64,000 bases of DNA, from contig OZ024740.1 in assembly GCA_964016885.1 (NCBI GenBank), positions 177,568,001 through 177,632,000 of the forward strand. The letters run 5' to 3'. Shown here piece after piece: positions 1-12,489 of the stretch (the stretch's first letter is position 1; every line of letters begins with the position of its first letter). This DNA comes from Eledone cirrhosa. Lineage: Eukaryota. The notes under the pieces were generated by a model that was not told the DNA's origin, made no database searches, and saw only the letters and a list, made by a program, of their open reading frames with translations. A program made the position numbers and the translations under genes.

Positions 1-60
1 TTCAAATCTCATCGAAGTCAAATTTACCATTCATACCTGGCGGTCGATAAGTAAAGTACA
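1..60 (+). mobile_element. Degenerate fragment of tRNA-type SINE family A (cut by the window edge)
   Basis: ttcaaatc...gaagtcaaatttaccattcat...ggtcgataagtaaagtac resembles the B-box and central part of the intact copies (e.g. 47546-47731). Confidence 0.5.
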
Positions 61-526
61 AATCCAGGGCAAAATGTTTTGAGAGTTGCACATAATGCCT
101 TATGGTAAATCATTCGGCCCTTTGCAATCTAAGTTTGCCTGCGATGTCTTTGGTGTCAAACTAAAACATTTCCTTTCGACAACATCAGTTACAAAGATGG
201 AGCAGACGTGCATTTATGGGCGACTGCTGGTTTTCCACAAAACCTTGTCAAGACCTACGCCTTGAAGGTGCAAACACATCGTTAATCATAACCAAAGAGC
301 GACTATAATACATCTATCTATCTGCGTTTGTTCAACTCTTGTCCTTGGCACTTCACCTTCTCTAAAATTTTAATAAAACCGAAACAGAGTAACTAAAGAT
401 ACGAAAGTATGTATTTAAAGACAAGAAATAAAAAATTATTAAAGAATTTATTGGAAGATATATTTAGAAACATGTAATTGATGAGAGAAACAATGTTGCT
501 TGTGCATATTTGATGTTAATATAGAC

Positions 527-650
527 CAGAGGTTCTCAAATTTATTGCTCCCCCGCGCCTGCCATCACACTCAACGCCCCTTTAGCCTCAGCGCCCCCTG
601 GACCTTCTCAACTCCCCTAGGGTCTGTAGCACCTACTTTGAGAACCTCTG
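527..650. mobile_element. hAT-superfamily (Buster/Charlie-type) MITE, 124 bp
   Basis: Perfect 14-bp TIRs CAGAGGTTCTCAAA (527-540) / TTTGAGAACCTCTG (637-650). Perfect 8-bp TSD ATATAGAC (519-526, 651-658) with central TA. Confidence 0.88.
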
Positions 651-704
651 ATATAGACCACTATAGTGACCGAGCTGTTTGTGTTTTTGCTTAGCCATGT
701 GTAT

Positions 705-773
<69 letters not shown>

Positions 774-859
774 CGCGCGTGCGTGCGCAGTCTGATGATA
801 GAGGAAATGTTGATTCTGTTGAATTTTGTTGCTGTTGTAATGGTGGTTGGGTATGATAG

Positions 860-2465
860 GGTAGTGCAGATAGTGGTGGTGGTGCAGATAGTGGTGGTGG
901 TGCAGATAGTGGTGGTGGTGCAGATAGTGGTGGTGGTGCAGATAGTGGTGGTGGTGTAGATAGTGGTGGTGGTGGTGGTGGTGGTGGTGGTGGTGCAGAT
1001 AGTGGTGGTGGTGGTGGTGGTGGTGGTGGTGTGGATAGTGGTGGTGGTGGTGGTGCAGATAGTGGCGATGGTGCAGATAGTGGTGGTGGTGGTGCGGATA
1101 GTGGTGGTGGTGGTGGTGGTCGTCGTCGTCGTGGTGATGGTGGTCGTGGTGGTCGTGGTGGTGGTGGTGGTGGTGGTGCGGATAGTGGTGGTGGTGCGGA
1201 TGGTGGTGGTGGTGCAGATAGTGGCGATGGTGCAGATAGTGGTGGTGGTGGTGCGGATAGTGGTGGTGGTGGTGGTGGTCGTCGTCGTCGTGGTGATGGT
1301 GGTCGTGGTGGTCGTGGTGGTGGTGGTGGTGGTGGTGCGGATAGTGGTGGTGGTGCGGATGGTGGTGGTGGTGCAGATAGTGGCGGTGGTGCGGATAGTG
1401 GTGGTGGTGTGGATAGTGATGGTGGTGGTGGTGGTGGTGTGGATAGTGATGGCGGTGTGGATAGAGGTGGTGGTGCGGATAGTGGTGGTGGTGTGGATAG
1501 TGGTGGTGGTGTGGATAGTGGTGGTGGTGGTGGCGGTGCAGATAGTGGTGGTGGTGGCGGTGCAGATAGTGGTGGTGGTGGTGGTGGTGGTGGTGGTGGT
1601 GGTGGTGCAGATAGTGGTGGTGGTGTGGATAGTGGTGGTGGTGGTGGTGGTGGTGGTGGTGGTGGTGGTGGTGGTGGTGGTGGCGGTGGTGCTGGTGGTG
1701 GTGCTGGTGGTGCGGATAGTGATGGTGGTGGTGGTGGTGGTGCGGTTGGTGGTGGTGGTGCAGATAGTGGTGGTGGTGGTGGTGGTGGTGGTGGTGGTGG
1801 CGGTGGTGGTGGTGGTGGTGCGGATAGTGGTGGTGGTGGTGGCGGTGCGGATAGTGGTGGTGGTGCAGATAGTGGTGGTGGCGCAGATAGTTGTGGTGGT
1901 GTGGATAGTGGTGGTGGTGGTGGTGGTGGTGGTGGTGGTGCAGATAGTGGTGGTGGTGGTGGTGGTGGTGGTGGTGGTGGTGGTGTGGATAGTGGTGGTG
2001 GTGGTGGTGGTGGTGGTGGTGGTTGTGGTCGTGGTCGTGGTGGTCGTGGTCGTGGTGGTGGTGGTGGTGGTGGTGGTGGTGTGGATAGTGGTGGTGGTGG
2101 TGGTGGTGGTGGTGGTGGTGGTGGTGGTGCGGATAGTGGTGGTTGTGCAGATAGTGGTGGTGGTGCAGATATTAGTGGTGGTGCAGATAGTGGTGGTGGT
2201 GTTGGTGGTGCGGATAGTGGTGGTTGTGCAGATAGTGGTGGTGGTGCAGATATTGGTGGTGGTGCAGCTAGTGGTGGTGGTGCGGATAGTGGTGTTGGTG
2301 CAGATAGTGATGGTGGTGCGGATAGTGGTGGTTGTGCAGATAGTGGTGGTGGTGCAGATATTGGTGGTGGTGCAGCTAGTGGTGGTGGTGCGGATAGTGG
2401 TGTTGGTGCAGATAGTGATGGTGGTGCGGATAGTGGTGGTGGTGGTGCGGATATTGGTGGTGGTG
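860..2465. repeat. (GGT)n-based compound minisatellite punctuated by GCAGATAGT/GCGGATAGT
   Basis: Direct reading. It explains the overlapping poly-Pro, poly-Val and poly-Gly ORFs. Confidence 0.95.
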
Positions 2466-3480
2466 TGGAAGGTGCTGTTTTGGTGGTAGTGGTGAAGGCA
2501 GTGCTCGTGGTTGTGTTCATTTTATTTACTCGTTCCTGCGATGGCGACAACGATGTTGAAATTTTTAATTTCTGGAAATGTTTCTCATAATTTCCTGATG
2601 TCGATGCCAACATTAACATAATTCTAGATATATCGGAGCTTTGGGTCCGATGCCATTGAAATAGTTTTCCCCCACAAAGACTGCCCTGTTGGGCACTGCA
2701 CTTGATGATGACAAATATGAGAATAGTAATATTATCAAGAAACAATTTCCCTGAGAGAGAGGGAGAGAGAGGGAGGAGTGTGTACAGAGAGAGAGAGAGG
2801 GAGGAGTAGAGACAGAGAGAGGGAGGAGTAGAGAGAGAGAGAAAAAAATTGACCATAGCACTTGGCTAGTATTTTATCTATCGACGGAAAGGATGATTAA
2901 CAAAGTTGTCATCGGCTGGACTTGAACATAGAGTGTAGACATTCTATCGGAGATTCTAAGGCATCTGCTAATTCGTCGAGTTAATTTGGCCTATGGGACT
3001 GTTGATATCTGAAGGCTATTTCTATCAGTTCGACTTCACACGTAAAGGCACCCCCCACACGTTGATTCAAATCTTATTATATTGATGTAATTTGTAACAA
3101 GCACAGATGAAGAAAGAGTTAATGCTATAACTATTAATCAACACAGTAATTATATTTGATCATTTTGACATGTGCAACAGACCTATTTGATAGATAGCTA
3201 CATTACATAAACACGTTTCATAATGGTTACATGAATGGACGCATCCATGCATGGATGGGTACATAAATAAATGAATGAATGAATAAACACGTAGATGGAT
3301 TTGTGGATGGTGTAAACAATATATGGATTGATAACATATCATACGAAAGTATGATATGTTTCTAATTTTAATAGAGACAATAAATATTAAATTTTTTTTT
3401 AAATAAATTGTTTGCACTCATCCTGTATCCTAATCCGTTCTCTTTTGACTTCCTATATATATATATATATATATATATAA

Positions 3481-3731
3481 AGGGTAAAGACCCCTTTCAG
3501 TTACGAATGACTATGGGATTTGCACCTAGAAATTTCCCCTCCGAGGCACAAGTCCGTGTTTGTGGAAGACCAGCAGTCACCCATCCATACCAGCCTCCCG
3601 GATACTGCTTGGCACCAGTGTCCTTGCAACTCATTTCCATTGCTGAATAAAGTGGAGCAACGTGAAATAAAGTGTCTTGCTCAAGGACCACAACGCATCC
3701 ACCCCTCTCCGAGAATCGAACTCACAATCTC
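3481..3731 (-). mobile_element. tRNA-type SINE family B inserted between (TA)n tracts
   Basis: Minus strand reads gagttcgattctc (B-box-like) then gtggtccttgagcaagacactttatttcacgttgctcca. A related core is at about 29700-29770. Confidence 0.6.
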
Positions 3732-4578
3732 CCTATATATATATATATATATATGTCAGGTCACCAGTTGGTGCTACTGGTAACATGTATCCCAGTACAA
3801 CCTGTCACATGTTCGGGTCGTTGGCGACTAAACTGGTAACCCCACCAAGGTTTCTTGGTGAGGAGGGTGACTTTGGACATCCTGCAGGACTAAAAACAAA
3901 ACCTGTCAAAGGGCAAAGGAGCTCTTAAGAGTCAATGGCCATCCAAAATCACCGGGAGAGATAACCCCTTAGCCTTTGTCAAGGCAGAATTCTAGGAGAA
4001 GGAAAACTCTGATATAACACCTGCAACCCTGATGGTATCCAATGATGTTCACTTGTTCTTCTTTTTGGTAAATATCATCTTGGTTAAGAGAGTGGGACTG
4101 GCTTTGTGCAGTGCCTTTGCTCACTATAAAAGCTTCACGGCACAGGCATTGCTTTATATCTGGAGATCTCTCTGCACTTGTCGCCACATGGTACCATGAG
4201 CCCAGCATTATGTGTCAATAATTGTCACAAGTGTAGTGTTTGTACCAGAGTTTTCAAGTCGCTGGCTGGACTAAAACGTCACACTCGTTCAGGGCATCGG
4301 TAGGGGTTGTCCTACGTGGAAATAAAGTAGTGGCCGTACTCGAAAACGAGTTGGCAGCCACCATATATATATTTATGATGTGAGAAAAACCACAAACCCT
4401 CCATCTCAATCCTACTTTTGAAAAGCAGAAGAACTGCGAAATCGGTAAATGAACCAAATAAATATATATTTAAAAAAAAAAGACGCCAGTTGCATCTTCG
4501 ATTTCATCTTTCACTCGTGTAGGACACCTCGGTTATTTTTCATTTTGTAAAAAAAACCTCACTTTCTAACAATATATA

Positions 4579-4643
4579 CAGGGGTTGGACTAAATAATGG
4601 AAACACCTAGCATCATAGCATCATAATTTTGAAATATCTATAA
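4579..4643 (+). mobile_element. Tc1/mariner-like terminal fragment (single TIR)
   Basis: TA followed by CAGGGGTTGGACTAAATAATGGAAACACCT, a Tc1-type terminus from recall. No partner TIR was seen. Confidence 0.5.
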
Positions 4644-5046
4644 ACATTTATATAGATACTAGGAGTTCCTCAATAAAAAAAAAAACAACATCACCACTAG
4701 CTGAGACAGAAAGCTTCTACGTGGTCATACATCTTGCAAGAAATAGCAGCCAGATTTTACCAAAATTACACTCGTGATATAAGGATTCATTCGACGCATT
4801 ATGAACATGTATTATTCATGACTGGAATGCTTTTAATGATAAGACTGCGATTGCGGTTAACCTGCAGCTAATCATCAGTATCAATCTCATGGTACCGTCA
4901 CCACCACAGTCCCCACCATGACAATCACCACCACCATCACTACTAACATTGTTACTACCACAAGACCATTACTACCACCTCCACCGATAACACCCTTAGT
5001 TACCACCATGACCATCATCAACATCATGAAACCACCACTACCATCA
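4644..5046 (+). repeat. About 400-bp direct repeat, copy 1 (SINE-empty)
   Basis: Near-identical to 9610-10239 once the SINE at 9820-10003 is removed. Confidence 0.92.
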
Positions 5047-6470
5047 AAAGCTTCTTTATTTAAAGAAAGAAGAAAAGAAAGAAGCCATTCGCCAGATCTA
5101 CTAAGATACTTTCCGTTGCAGATACAATCTGCCGGGTGCAATTTCTGGTAGAAGGGGCAACGTGAAATATAATATTGTTTTCAAGAATACACTGCACCAC
5201 CCGGTCTAAGAAGCAAATATATGTCCTTATGAACTTGAGTTCAACACCTTTACCACTAGTTCATTCACCTTCACACGCGCTTTGCTGACAACATATGCAG
5301 AGACGACATGAATTAGTTTCCATGCATATGCTATATGGGAGACAGCCATCCAAAGGAAATTATCTGGGTTACAGTTCCTCCAGAGAGCAGAGTTCGATAT
5401 GCTATAACATCGAACAATAATTGATTGGGGAAATACAATAACACTGTGGACTGTCATTGTTGCTGAGATTAAGCATTTTCTGTCAGTGAGCAAGTTGTCA
5501 CTTGTAGAATATATTTGGCAACATAAGCACATTTAAGAATTCTAGCCGATGCACTAAATCAACAGTAGAGCAAGGTCAATGCAAAGATAATTAACACTAT
5601 TTTGCATGCAATTAGAATCAACACCATGGTGTAAGTTGCAGTACCTTCCCCAATACCTACCATGCCTACTACCAATGCCATTACCTACCCCGCCGCCACC
5701 ACCATCACCACCACCAACACATTCACCACCACCACCAACAACAACACCACCACCAGCACCATCATCACCACCACCATGAGCAACAGCACTGCCATTATCT
5801 CGAACTCTCTACAACCACCGACTCCATGGTCATAAACGTCCTTCACCAACATCGCCACCACCAACATCATCACCACCACCACCAACAACAACAACAACAC
5901 CATCACCACCACCACTATCACCACCACCCACCACCAAAACCGCTAAAATCGCCGACTTAACAACCACCAACCTACCACTTACTTATCGCCACTTTCACAT
6001 CATTTCATGATGTCTCGTTTCTAAACAGCCCTATTTATTCACTAACCCCCACCTTCTAGCAACAGTCATTAACGCTACCCTATCGACTATGATGGACGTG
6101 ATGGTCATTGTTCTGTCACCTTATTTATGTTTACACTATCTCATGTACATCTAAGCAAACAAATAAATATCCATTACTATTGCTACTGCTTCAACCACGG
6201 CCATCGCTTCTTGTATATGACCATACTCATCACCTCTATTCTTCTGCCCCATACCCTGTCAAATATACCATTAACACCACCATTCATCCTAACAACCTAA
6301 CTAGCAACACCATACGCATAATCACTACCACCACCTTGTTTTCTCCCTCCTCTTTTTTGTGTACATCCATCCATTCACTCATTCATTTACTATCATTCTA
6401 CCTTCCTGTGTCTACCCCTCCATGCAGCCCCTTCTTTTCTCTCTTGTATTCTGGCACCTCCATATATATA

Positions 6471-9400
6471 GGTGAGCTATGAGGCCCTCTTACCAGCACT
6501 TTCCCTTCCACCCACACACGCCAGCCACCACCCCTGATGCCACTCGGTGCCCCCCCCCACGCCCCCACCCCTCCAAGCCGACACCTGCAGCACTTGCAGC
6601 ACCACTAACAAACGGAAGAGGGGCCGGAACTGTTTGGCGTGCGGCTGCTTCCACCACCTCACCTGCGTTGGCATGACTCGTCGAGATTCCAATGCCCTCG
6701 CAGCGTGGAGGTGCAGGAGCTGTCTCTTCCCCACGTATTCCCAGCCACGGCCGTCTGGCACACCACCAGATGGGACAGCGAGCTTTCCTGACGCCCGGGC
6801 CTCGCTGGTCAACGTCGCTCGGCTCAGGCGGCTCCGGAAGATCCCACTCAGGATCCCGAGAGCGGCACGGGTGCCGGTAGCCGATGCCCTCGCTTCCTCG
6901 ATTGAGAGCGCCCTGGACTCCAATCGAGCCAGTGACTGGGAGCGGCTGTTCTATTTCGCCCCACTCGCCCTCGGCCTCCCCAGCTCTGGCGCTGACCGGG
7001 GCGGCCGGTCAACAGCAGCCGTCGTCAAGGCCAATGTCTCGTACTTTGGGCGAGCGCCATTCCAAGCGTGCCCAGGGACGCCACACACCCCACCCTCAAG
7101 TACCCCCTATCCTCCACCTTCGAGGCCAAGCGTTTGCGTGACCAGGTAAACGCAAAGCTTATGGGTGATGTCTCGGCCGGAGTCAGATTTGTTGCCTCAT
7201 AGGACACTGTCCTCCAACCCACCGAGGAGGTCCTGGCTGCTCTGCGACTCAAACACCCTGAGCCACCCACTGATCTCAGACACATACCCCCACCCGACCC
7301 CCACTTGCTCATTGTGGATACTGATGCAGACATCATGTCCGCCATCAGGTCCTTCCCAGCTAGCAGCTGCGGAGGTGTTGATGGTCTCCGACCAGGCCAC
7401 CTCAAGGAATTGTCATCCCCCGTCTCCGCTGAGGCCGGGCGCAGCTTTCTGAGTGCAATTATGACGCTCACTAATAGGCTCATCCATGGTGCCCTGGACC
7501 CTTACGCCCGAGGCCTCTTATTTTCGGCCAGCCTAACCGCTCTCAGGAAGAAAGAGGGTGGCATACGCCCCATTGCTGTGGGCAATGTCTTCCGGAGGCT
7601 GGCTGCTAAGATGATCTGCAAGTCCGTAACACACGAACTGGATGAGGAGTTTAGTCCGGTGCAACTGGGTGTCGGCGTGTCCGGTGGCTGTGACGAGGCC
7701 GCTCATGCAACCAGGCAGTTCTTCAACAGCTGCCCATCGGAACCGGCATCCAGGGACTCCAGGTACCTCATTGTCAAGTTTGACATGAGGAATGCCTTCA
7801 ACTCTTTACGCCGGATTATCTGCTCGAGGCCTGTCTCAGCCGAGCCCCCTGTGCCTACCCGCTGGCCTACCTGTCATATGGAGCCCCGAGCATGCTCCTA
7901 GCTGCTGATACGGTCATACCCTCGGCTACTGGGATCCAACAGGGCAACCCTTTGGGACCCTCCTATTCGCCCTTGGTATTGACCACATCGCCCGGAGTAT
8001 CACGGCCCCTCTCAATGTTTGGTATCTGGATGATGCTACGCTGGGCGTACAGACGGGCTGCCAAGAACTTCAATCGGTGGTTCCTGCTCTGGCGGGATTC
8101 GGCCTCCAGGTCAACTCGGCCAAGTCGGAGATGGTGAATGTCAGCCTCGATGCTGCGAGCTTTGCAGCCTCCGTCTTGGATATGCGGTCCATTCTCCGCC
8201 AAGTTCAGGTGACCCCAAAGAGGATCTCCTCATCCTCGGGTCACCGATCCACCCACCGGCCATCCGCGCAACCATCAGGTCCAGGCTTCAACAGCTCCAG
8301 ACTCTCACGAGCCGACTGGGCTTGATTGACGGCCACCCAGCTCTTTTTCTGCTGAGGAACTGCTTCGCCATGCCGAAGCTCCTCTATACACTCCGCAGCG
8401 CTCCATGCTACACCCAGACATCTCTCCTCGCTGACCTCGATACTTGTATCCGAGCAGCAGCCGAGGGGATATGCAACGTCAAGTTTGACGACATAGGGTG
8501 GCAACAGGCCATTTTACCTGTCAGGTATAGCGGCCTTGCCCTCCGGTCCCCGATCTCACTAGCTTTGCCGGCGTATCTTTCATCGGTAACCTCGTGCCGC
8601 GTCCTCGTCAGCAGGGTTCTTCAAAACACAACAGAACCCTCTGTGTTCAGAGAATGTGAGGCCGCCTGTGAGACGTGAGACCGGCTTGGACTTAGCCCAG
8701 TAGACGTTCCTCCTCCTTCTTCTTCTGTTGAAGTCAAGTGTCTCCAACGCAATTGGAATGCCATCCGGTGCAGCCTGGCCTCAGACCGGCTCACGCGCCA
8801 GCTCTACCAGCAACGCCTTGCTTGTTTTTGTGCGGCCGCCAAACCCCACAGTGGTACCTGGCACCATGCCCTGCCCTCCTTCTCCACTATCACGCAGCTA
8901 GACAACCATAGCCTTCGAATCGGCGTTTTCCTGAGGTTCGGTCTCCGGATCTGCCAGCCGCACCAATGTCGCTGCGGTTCCACTGTGGACTCTTTCGGCC
9001 TCCACCCGCTTTCCTGTCGCCACAGTGCCGGCCGCATTCCACGCCATGCTGCCCTCAACGAGGTCATTAAGCATAGCTTGGACGCTGCAGGCTTCCGTTC
9101 CCTGCTCGAGCCGGTGGGGCTGGATCGATGGGACGGCAAAAGGCCAGTTTGCATGACCATCTTCCCGTTCTGCGGTGGCACACCCCTCGTCTGGGATGCC
9201 ACTTTCACCGACACTTTCTGCAGCCGCAACCTGGTGCAGTCTGCGACTGACCCATGTTCTGCTGCACGTCGGGCTAAGGGGGCCAAGCTCCTCAAATACC
9301 GGTCGCTCTCCGACAGGTTTGCGGTCGTACCCCTGGCAATGGAGACTTCTGGTGTCCTCGGCCCCAGGGCTACCTCCTTACTCACCACCATGGGCGCTGA

Positions 9401-9600
9401 GCTGGTCAGCCGCAGGTGTGAGCCCCGCGAGTTGGAGTGGCTTTTCCAGCGCGTCTCCCTTGCCGTCCTCCGGGGAAACGCCTTCTCCATTTTGTCCGGC
9501 GGGGCTGTGGATGGGCTCCATCCAGTACGGTTGTAGTTGTTGTATACAGATATTAACTCATCAATCGCACTGTCCTAATCTGTTATTTTAAAATTAAATT
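6471..9600 (+). mobile_element. Decayed near full-length CRE-clade non-LTR retrotransposon (PHD finger + reverse transcriptase + restriction-like endonuclease)
   Basis: GC-rich island of frameshifted ORF pieces: C4HC3 PHD (CSTC..CLAC..HLTC..WRCRSC), GGVDGLRPGHLK, GGIRPIAVGNVFRRLAAK, QLGVGVSGG, FDMRNAFNSL, GIQQGNPLGP, WYLDD (8020-8034), then CRCG..HPLSC..RH..GKRP..WDAT..KY..VPLAMETSG..FQRVSLAVLRGNA. Boundaries are approximate. Confidence 0.9.
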
Positions 9601-9609
9601 ATATGTTCT

Positions 9610-10239
9610 ACATTTATATAGACACTAGGAGTTCCTAGTATCTATATCCTGTCATAAAAAAAAAGAAGAAAAACAATAACATCACCACTAGCTGAGACAG
9701 AAAGCTTCTACGTGGTCATACATCTTTCAAGAAATAGCAGCCAGATTTTACCAAAATTGCACTCGTGATATAAGGATTCATTCGATGCATTATGAACATG
9801 TATTATTCATGACTGGAATTGGTGGATTGGCAGTATCGCTAGAGGGTCGGACGCCATATTTTGAATCATAGAGTTACGTCCCTTTATGATCTGAGTTCAA
9901 ATCCCGCCGAGGTTAACTTTGCCTTTCATCCTTACGGGGTCGATAAAATAAAGTACCAGTAATGTACTGGATAATTACTGGTCTTGTGCCTAAAATAGAA
10001 ACAATTATTCATGACTGGAATGCTTTTAATGATAAGACTGCGATTGTGGTTAACCTGCAGCTAATCATCAGTATCAATCTCATGGTACCGTCACCACCAC
10101 AGTCCCCACCATGACAATCACCACCACCATCACTACTAACATTGTTACTACCACAAGACCATTACTACCACCTGCACCGATAACACCGTTAGTTACCACC
10201 ATGACCATCATCAACATCATGAAACCACCACTACCATCA
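9610..10239 (+). repeat. About 400-bp direct repeat, copy 2 (SINE-filled)
   Basis: Matches 4644-5046 and begins right after the 3' end of the CRE element. Confidence 0.92.
9820..10003 (+). mobile_element. SINE family A, full length, 18-bp TSD
   Basis: ggtggattggcagtatcg head, B-box gagttcaaatccc, core tttgcctttcatccttacggggtcgataaaataaagtaccag. TSD ATTATTCATGACTGGAAT at 9802-9819 and 10004-10021. Empty site at about 4811-4828. Confidence 0.92.
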
Positions 10240-10254
10240 TTATCATTAGCCCTC

Positions 10255-10350
10255 CGAGGTTGACTTTGCCTTTCATCCTTACGGGGTCGATAAAATAAAG
10301 TACCAGTAATGCACTGGGTAATTGCTGGCCTTGTGCTTAAAGTAGAAACA
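10255..10350 (+). mobile_element. SINE family A, 5'-truncated, 16-bp TSD
   Basis: TSD ATTATCATTAGCCCTC at 10239-10254 and 10351-10366. Confidence 0.88.
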
Positions 10351-10487
10351 ATTATCATTAGCCCTCTATAACCTGTGCAAAATTGGCTCTAAACACAAAT
10401 ATACAGTATAGGTAACTTACAAAGTCCACTCAAAACACACGCACACACACACCCACGCACGCACACGCACACGCACACACACACACA

Positions 10488-10529
<42 letters not shown>

Positions 10530-12489
10530 AAACAGCAGCATTTAGAGTTCAGTTTGTTGCTCCAGCAAATTTCAACTCCGATATTCCGTGTTACTACATG
10601 AAAAAAACACCTTCAAACCCCAAAACACCCATATAACCAGTACATTACCTTTACTTTATTTTATCGACCCCGTAAGGATGAAAGGCAAAGTTAACCTATA
10701 TAACAACCCTGGGCAGTAATACAACAAATACGCTCATATGTAGCTGTAATATTGATAGCCGTAATAGACCTAAACTTTGTACTAGAATACACACCACCAT
10801 CAATAAGAACAGAACAACTGTAAATGTCACGCTCTGGCCGAGTCCATTTTTTTCCCTTAAGTTGATTCAACCACCACAACCAAAATCCATTGCTCACAAA
10901 TATTCCCGGAGGGCACACACATCCGATAGATCCGAATCAACGAATGAACCTTTGTATGGTTGTTCGATTTGCTAGAAATAGCAGACATATATTGTTAACT
11001 AAGAACGTAACGTCTTAAAAAGAAAGAACGCATTAGACCTTGTATTCCTAGATGCAGAATGTTAAGAAATTACAGTTTCACGATGAGTCGTTGTTGACCA
11101 TAGAGCTGTTAAATCAGGGCTTAAGGTGCCAAACAACAGCAACAACAAATGGATTTTGATTTATATAGTATTGTCATAATGCATGTAAGTCTGAGTGTTT
11201 AAGAAGTTCGATTCATAACACCAAGGTCCCGGATTCGATCTCATTGCGTTGCATTTGGGGCATATTGACCATAGCCATGGGTTGATGGAAAGATGGATAA
11301 TACTTCGGAAGGATTTGTACCTGTATTTCCAAACGTCCAGCCGTGTCACATATTGATCTAGCTTGTGAATTACATTAAGTGTATATGTGTCTGAAGAACA
11401 CTCAGTTACCTGTACGCTCTCTGACAAGTTGAACGCCGAGTTGATAGGACAACGAAATGCTCATCGTTGAAAGCCACGGAGGATCAATCATCATCATCAT
11501 CATCATCATCATCGGTGTTCTAAACAAGGTACTTGGAGTGTCTGTGGATAGCACCTCATCTTTCGGCCATCATCATTATTATCATCGTTATCTTCATCAC
11601 GCCCATCATCCTCACAATAATTATCATCTTTATCAAAATCCACATCACCATTACAATCACCATCATTAGCATTATAACCATCATCATCATCTCAATCACC
11701 ATCATTATCATTTTCCTCATCGTCATTAATATCATCATCATCATCGTTATTATCATCACCAACACCTCCGTCAACAGTATTCTCTTCATCATCATCATCG
11801 TTGATGTCGTTGTCATCATCATTACATTTGCCATCGTTGTTGTCATCGAAATCTAACAATTCCGATACACTTCAATCACATCTCACCATCCCACTCCTTT
11901 CAACAATACAAAACCTTCTCCTCCAAACCATCACCCCTAGCAATTCTAGCCCTTACCTTACCAAGACACCCCTTTCCTTTGACAACAAACGCCCTTCCTC
12001 CTTTCATGCTTTAGCCCTCCCACATTCTCTACTTGACATTGCAATACCTACCCTCTCATACCCATCCCAACTCAGTGCTATTCTTCTCCCTCTCTTTATC
12101 TCTACATTCTTCTGTCTTCCACTCTCTCCCCTATCCCATTCTTACGCTTTCTCTTTCATCATCTTACCCATCTCCTCCCTAGCAACCTCAACATCTTTTT
12201 CATGCTTTTTAGCCCCACCGAACTTTCAGCACCCCCTCCTGTAGACCCTTGCTCCCTTCCAATATTACAGTACCCCCTCCAGCCACCACCAGCAACTCAA
12301 CCACCATCATACAACACCAATATCACAATGCTGTCCCTCTCACTATAATCACACAACCACAAACATCACAATGTCACCTCTTTCCCCACTGCAATCATAC
12401 TATTACCAAAATCACAACGCTATCCCCCACTACCATCATCATCACACTATCACCGTCATCAAAATGTCGTCACCGTCCAACCACTAACA

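Noticed and set aside
691-2856. 721-aa proline-rich ORF (formin/extensin-like) and overlapping poly-Val and poly-Gly ORFs
   Set aside because: They arise from a (GGT)n minisatellite open in several frames on both strands. No flanking domain is recognisable and the ORF ends in (CA)n.
3755-4260. Possible RTE-type LINE 5' UTR
   Set aside because: Only a vague resemblance from recall, with no adjacent ORF to support it.
9576-9591. Match of the CRE 3' end (taatctgttattttaa) to the TA-embedded tail Y
   Set aside because: Short AT-rich match that could be chance, and it is absent from the other CRE fragments.
9820-9915. Possible tRNA genes (GAGTTCAAATCCC B-boxes)
   Set aside because: No cloverleaf. 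They are always attached to the SINE core and flanked by TSDs.
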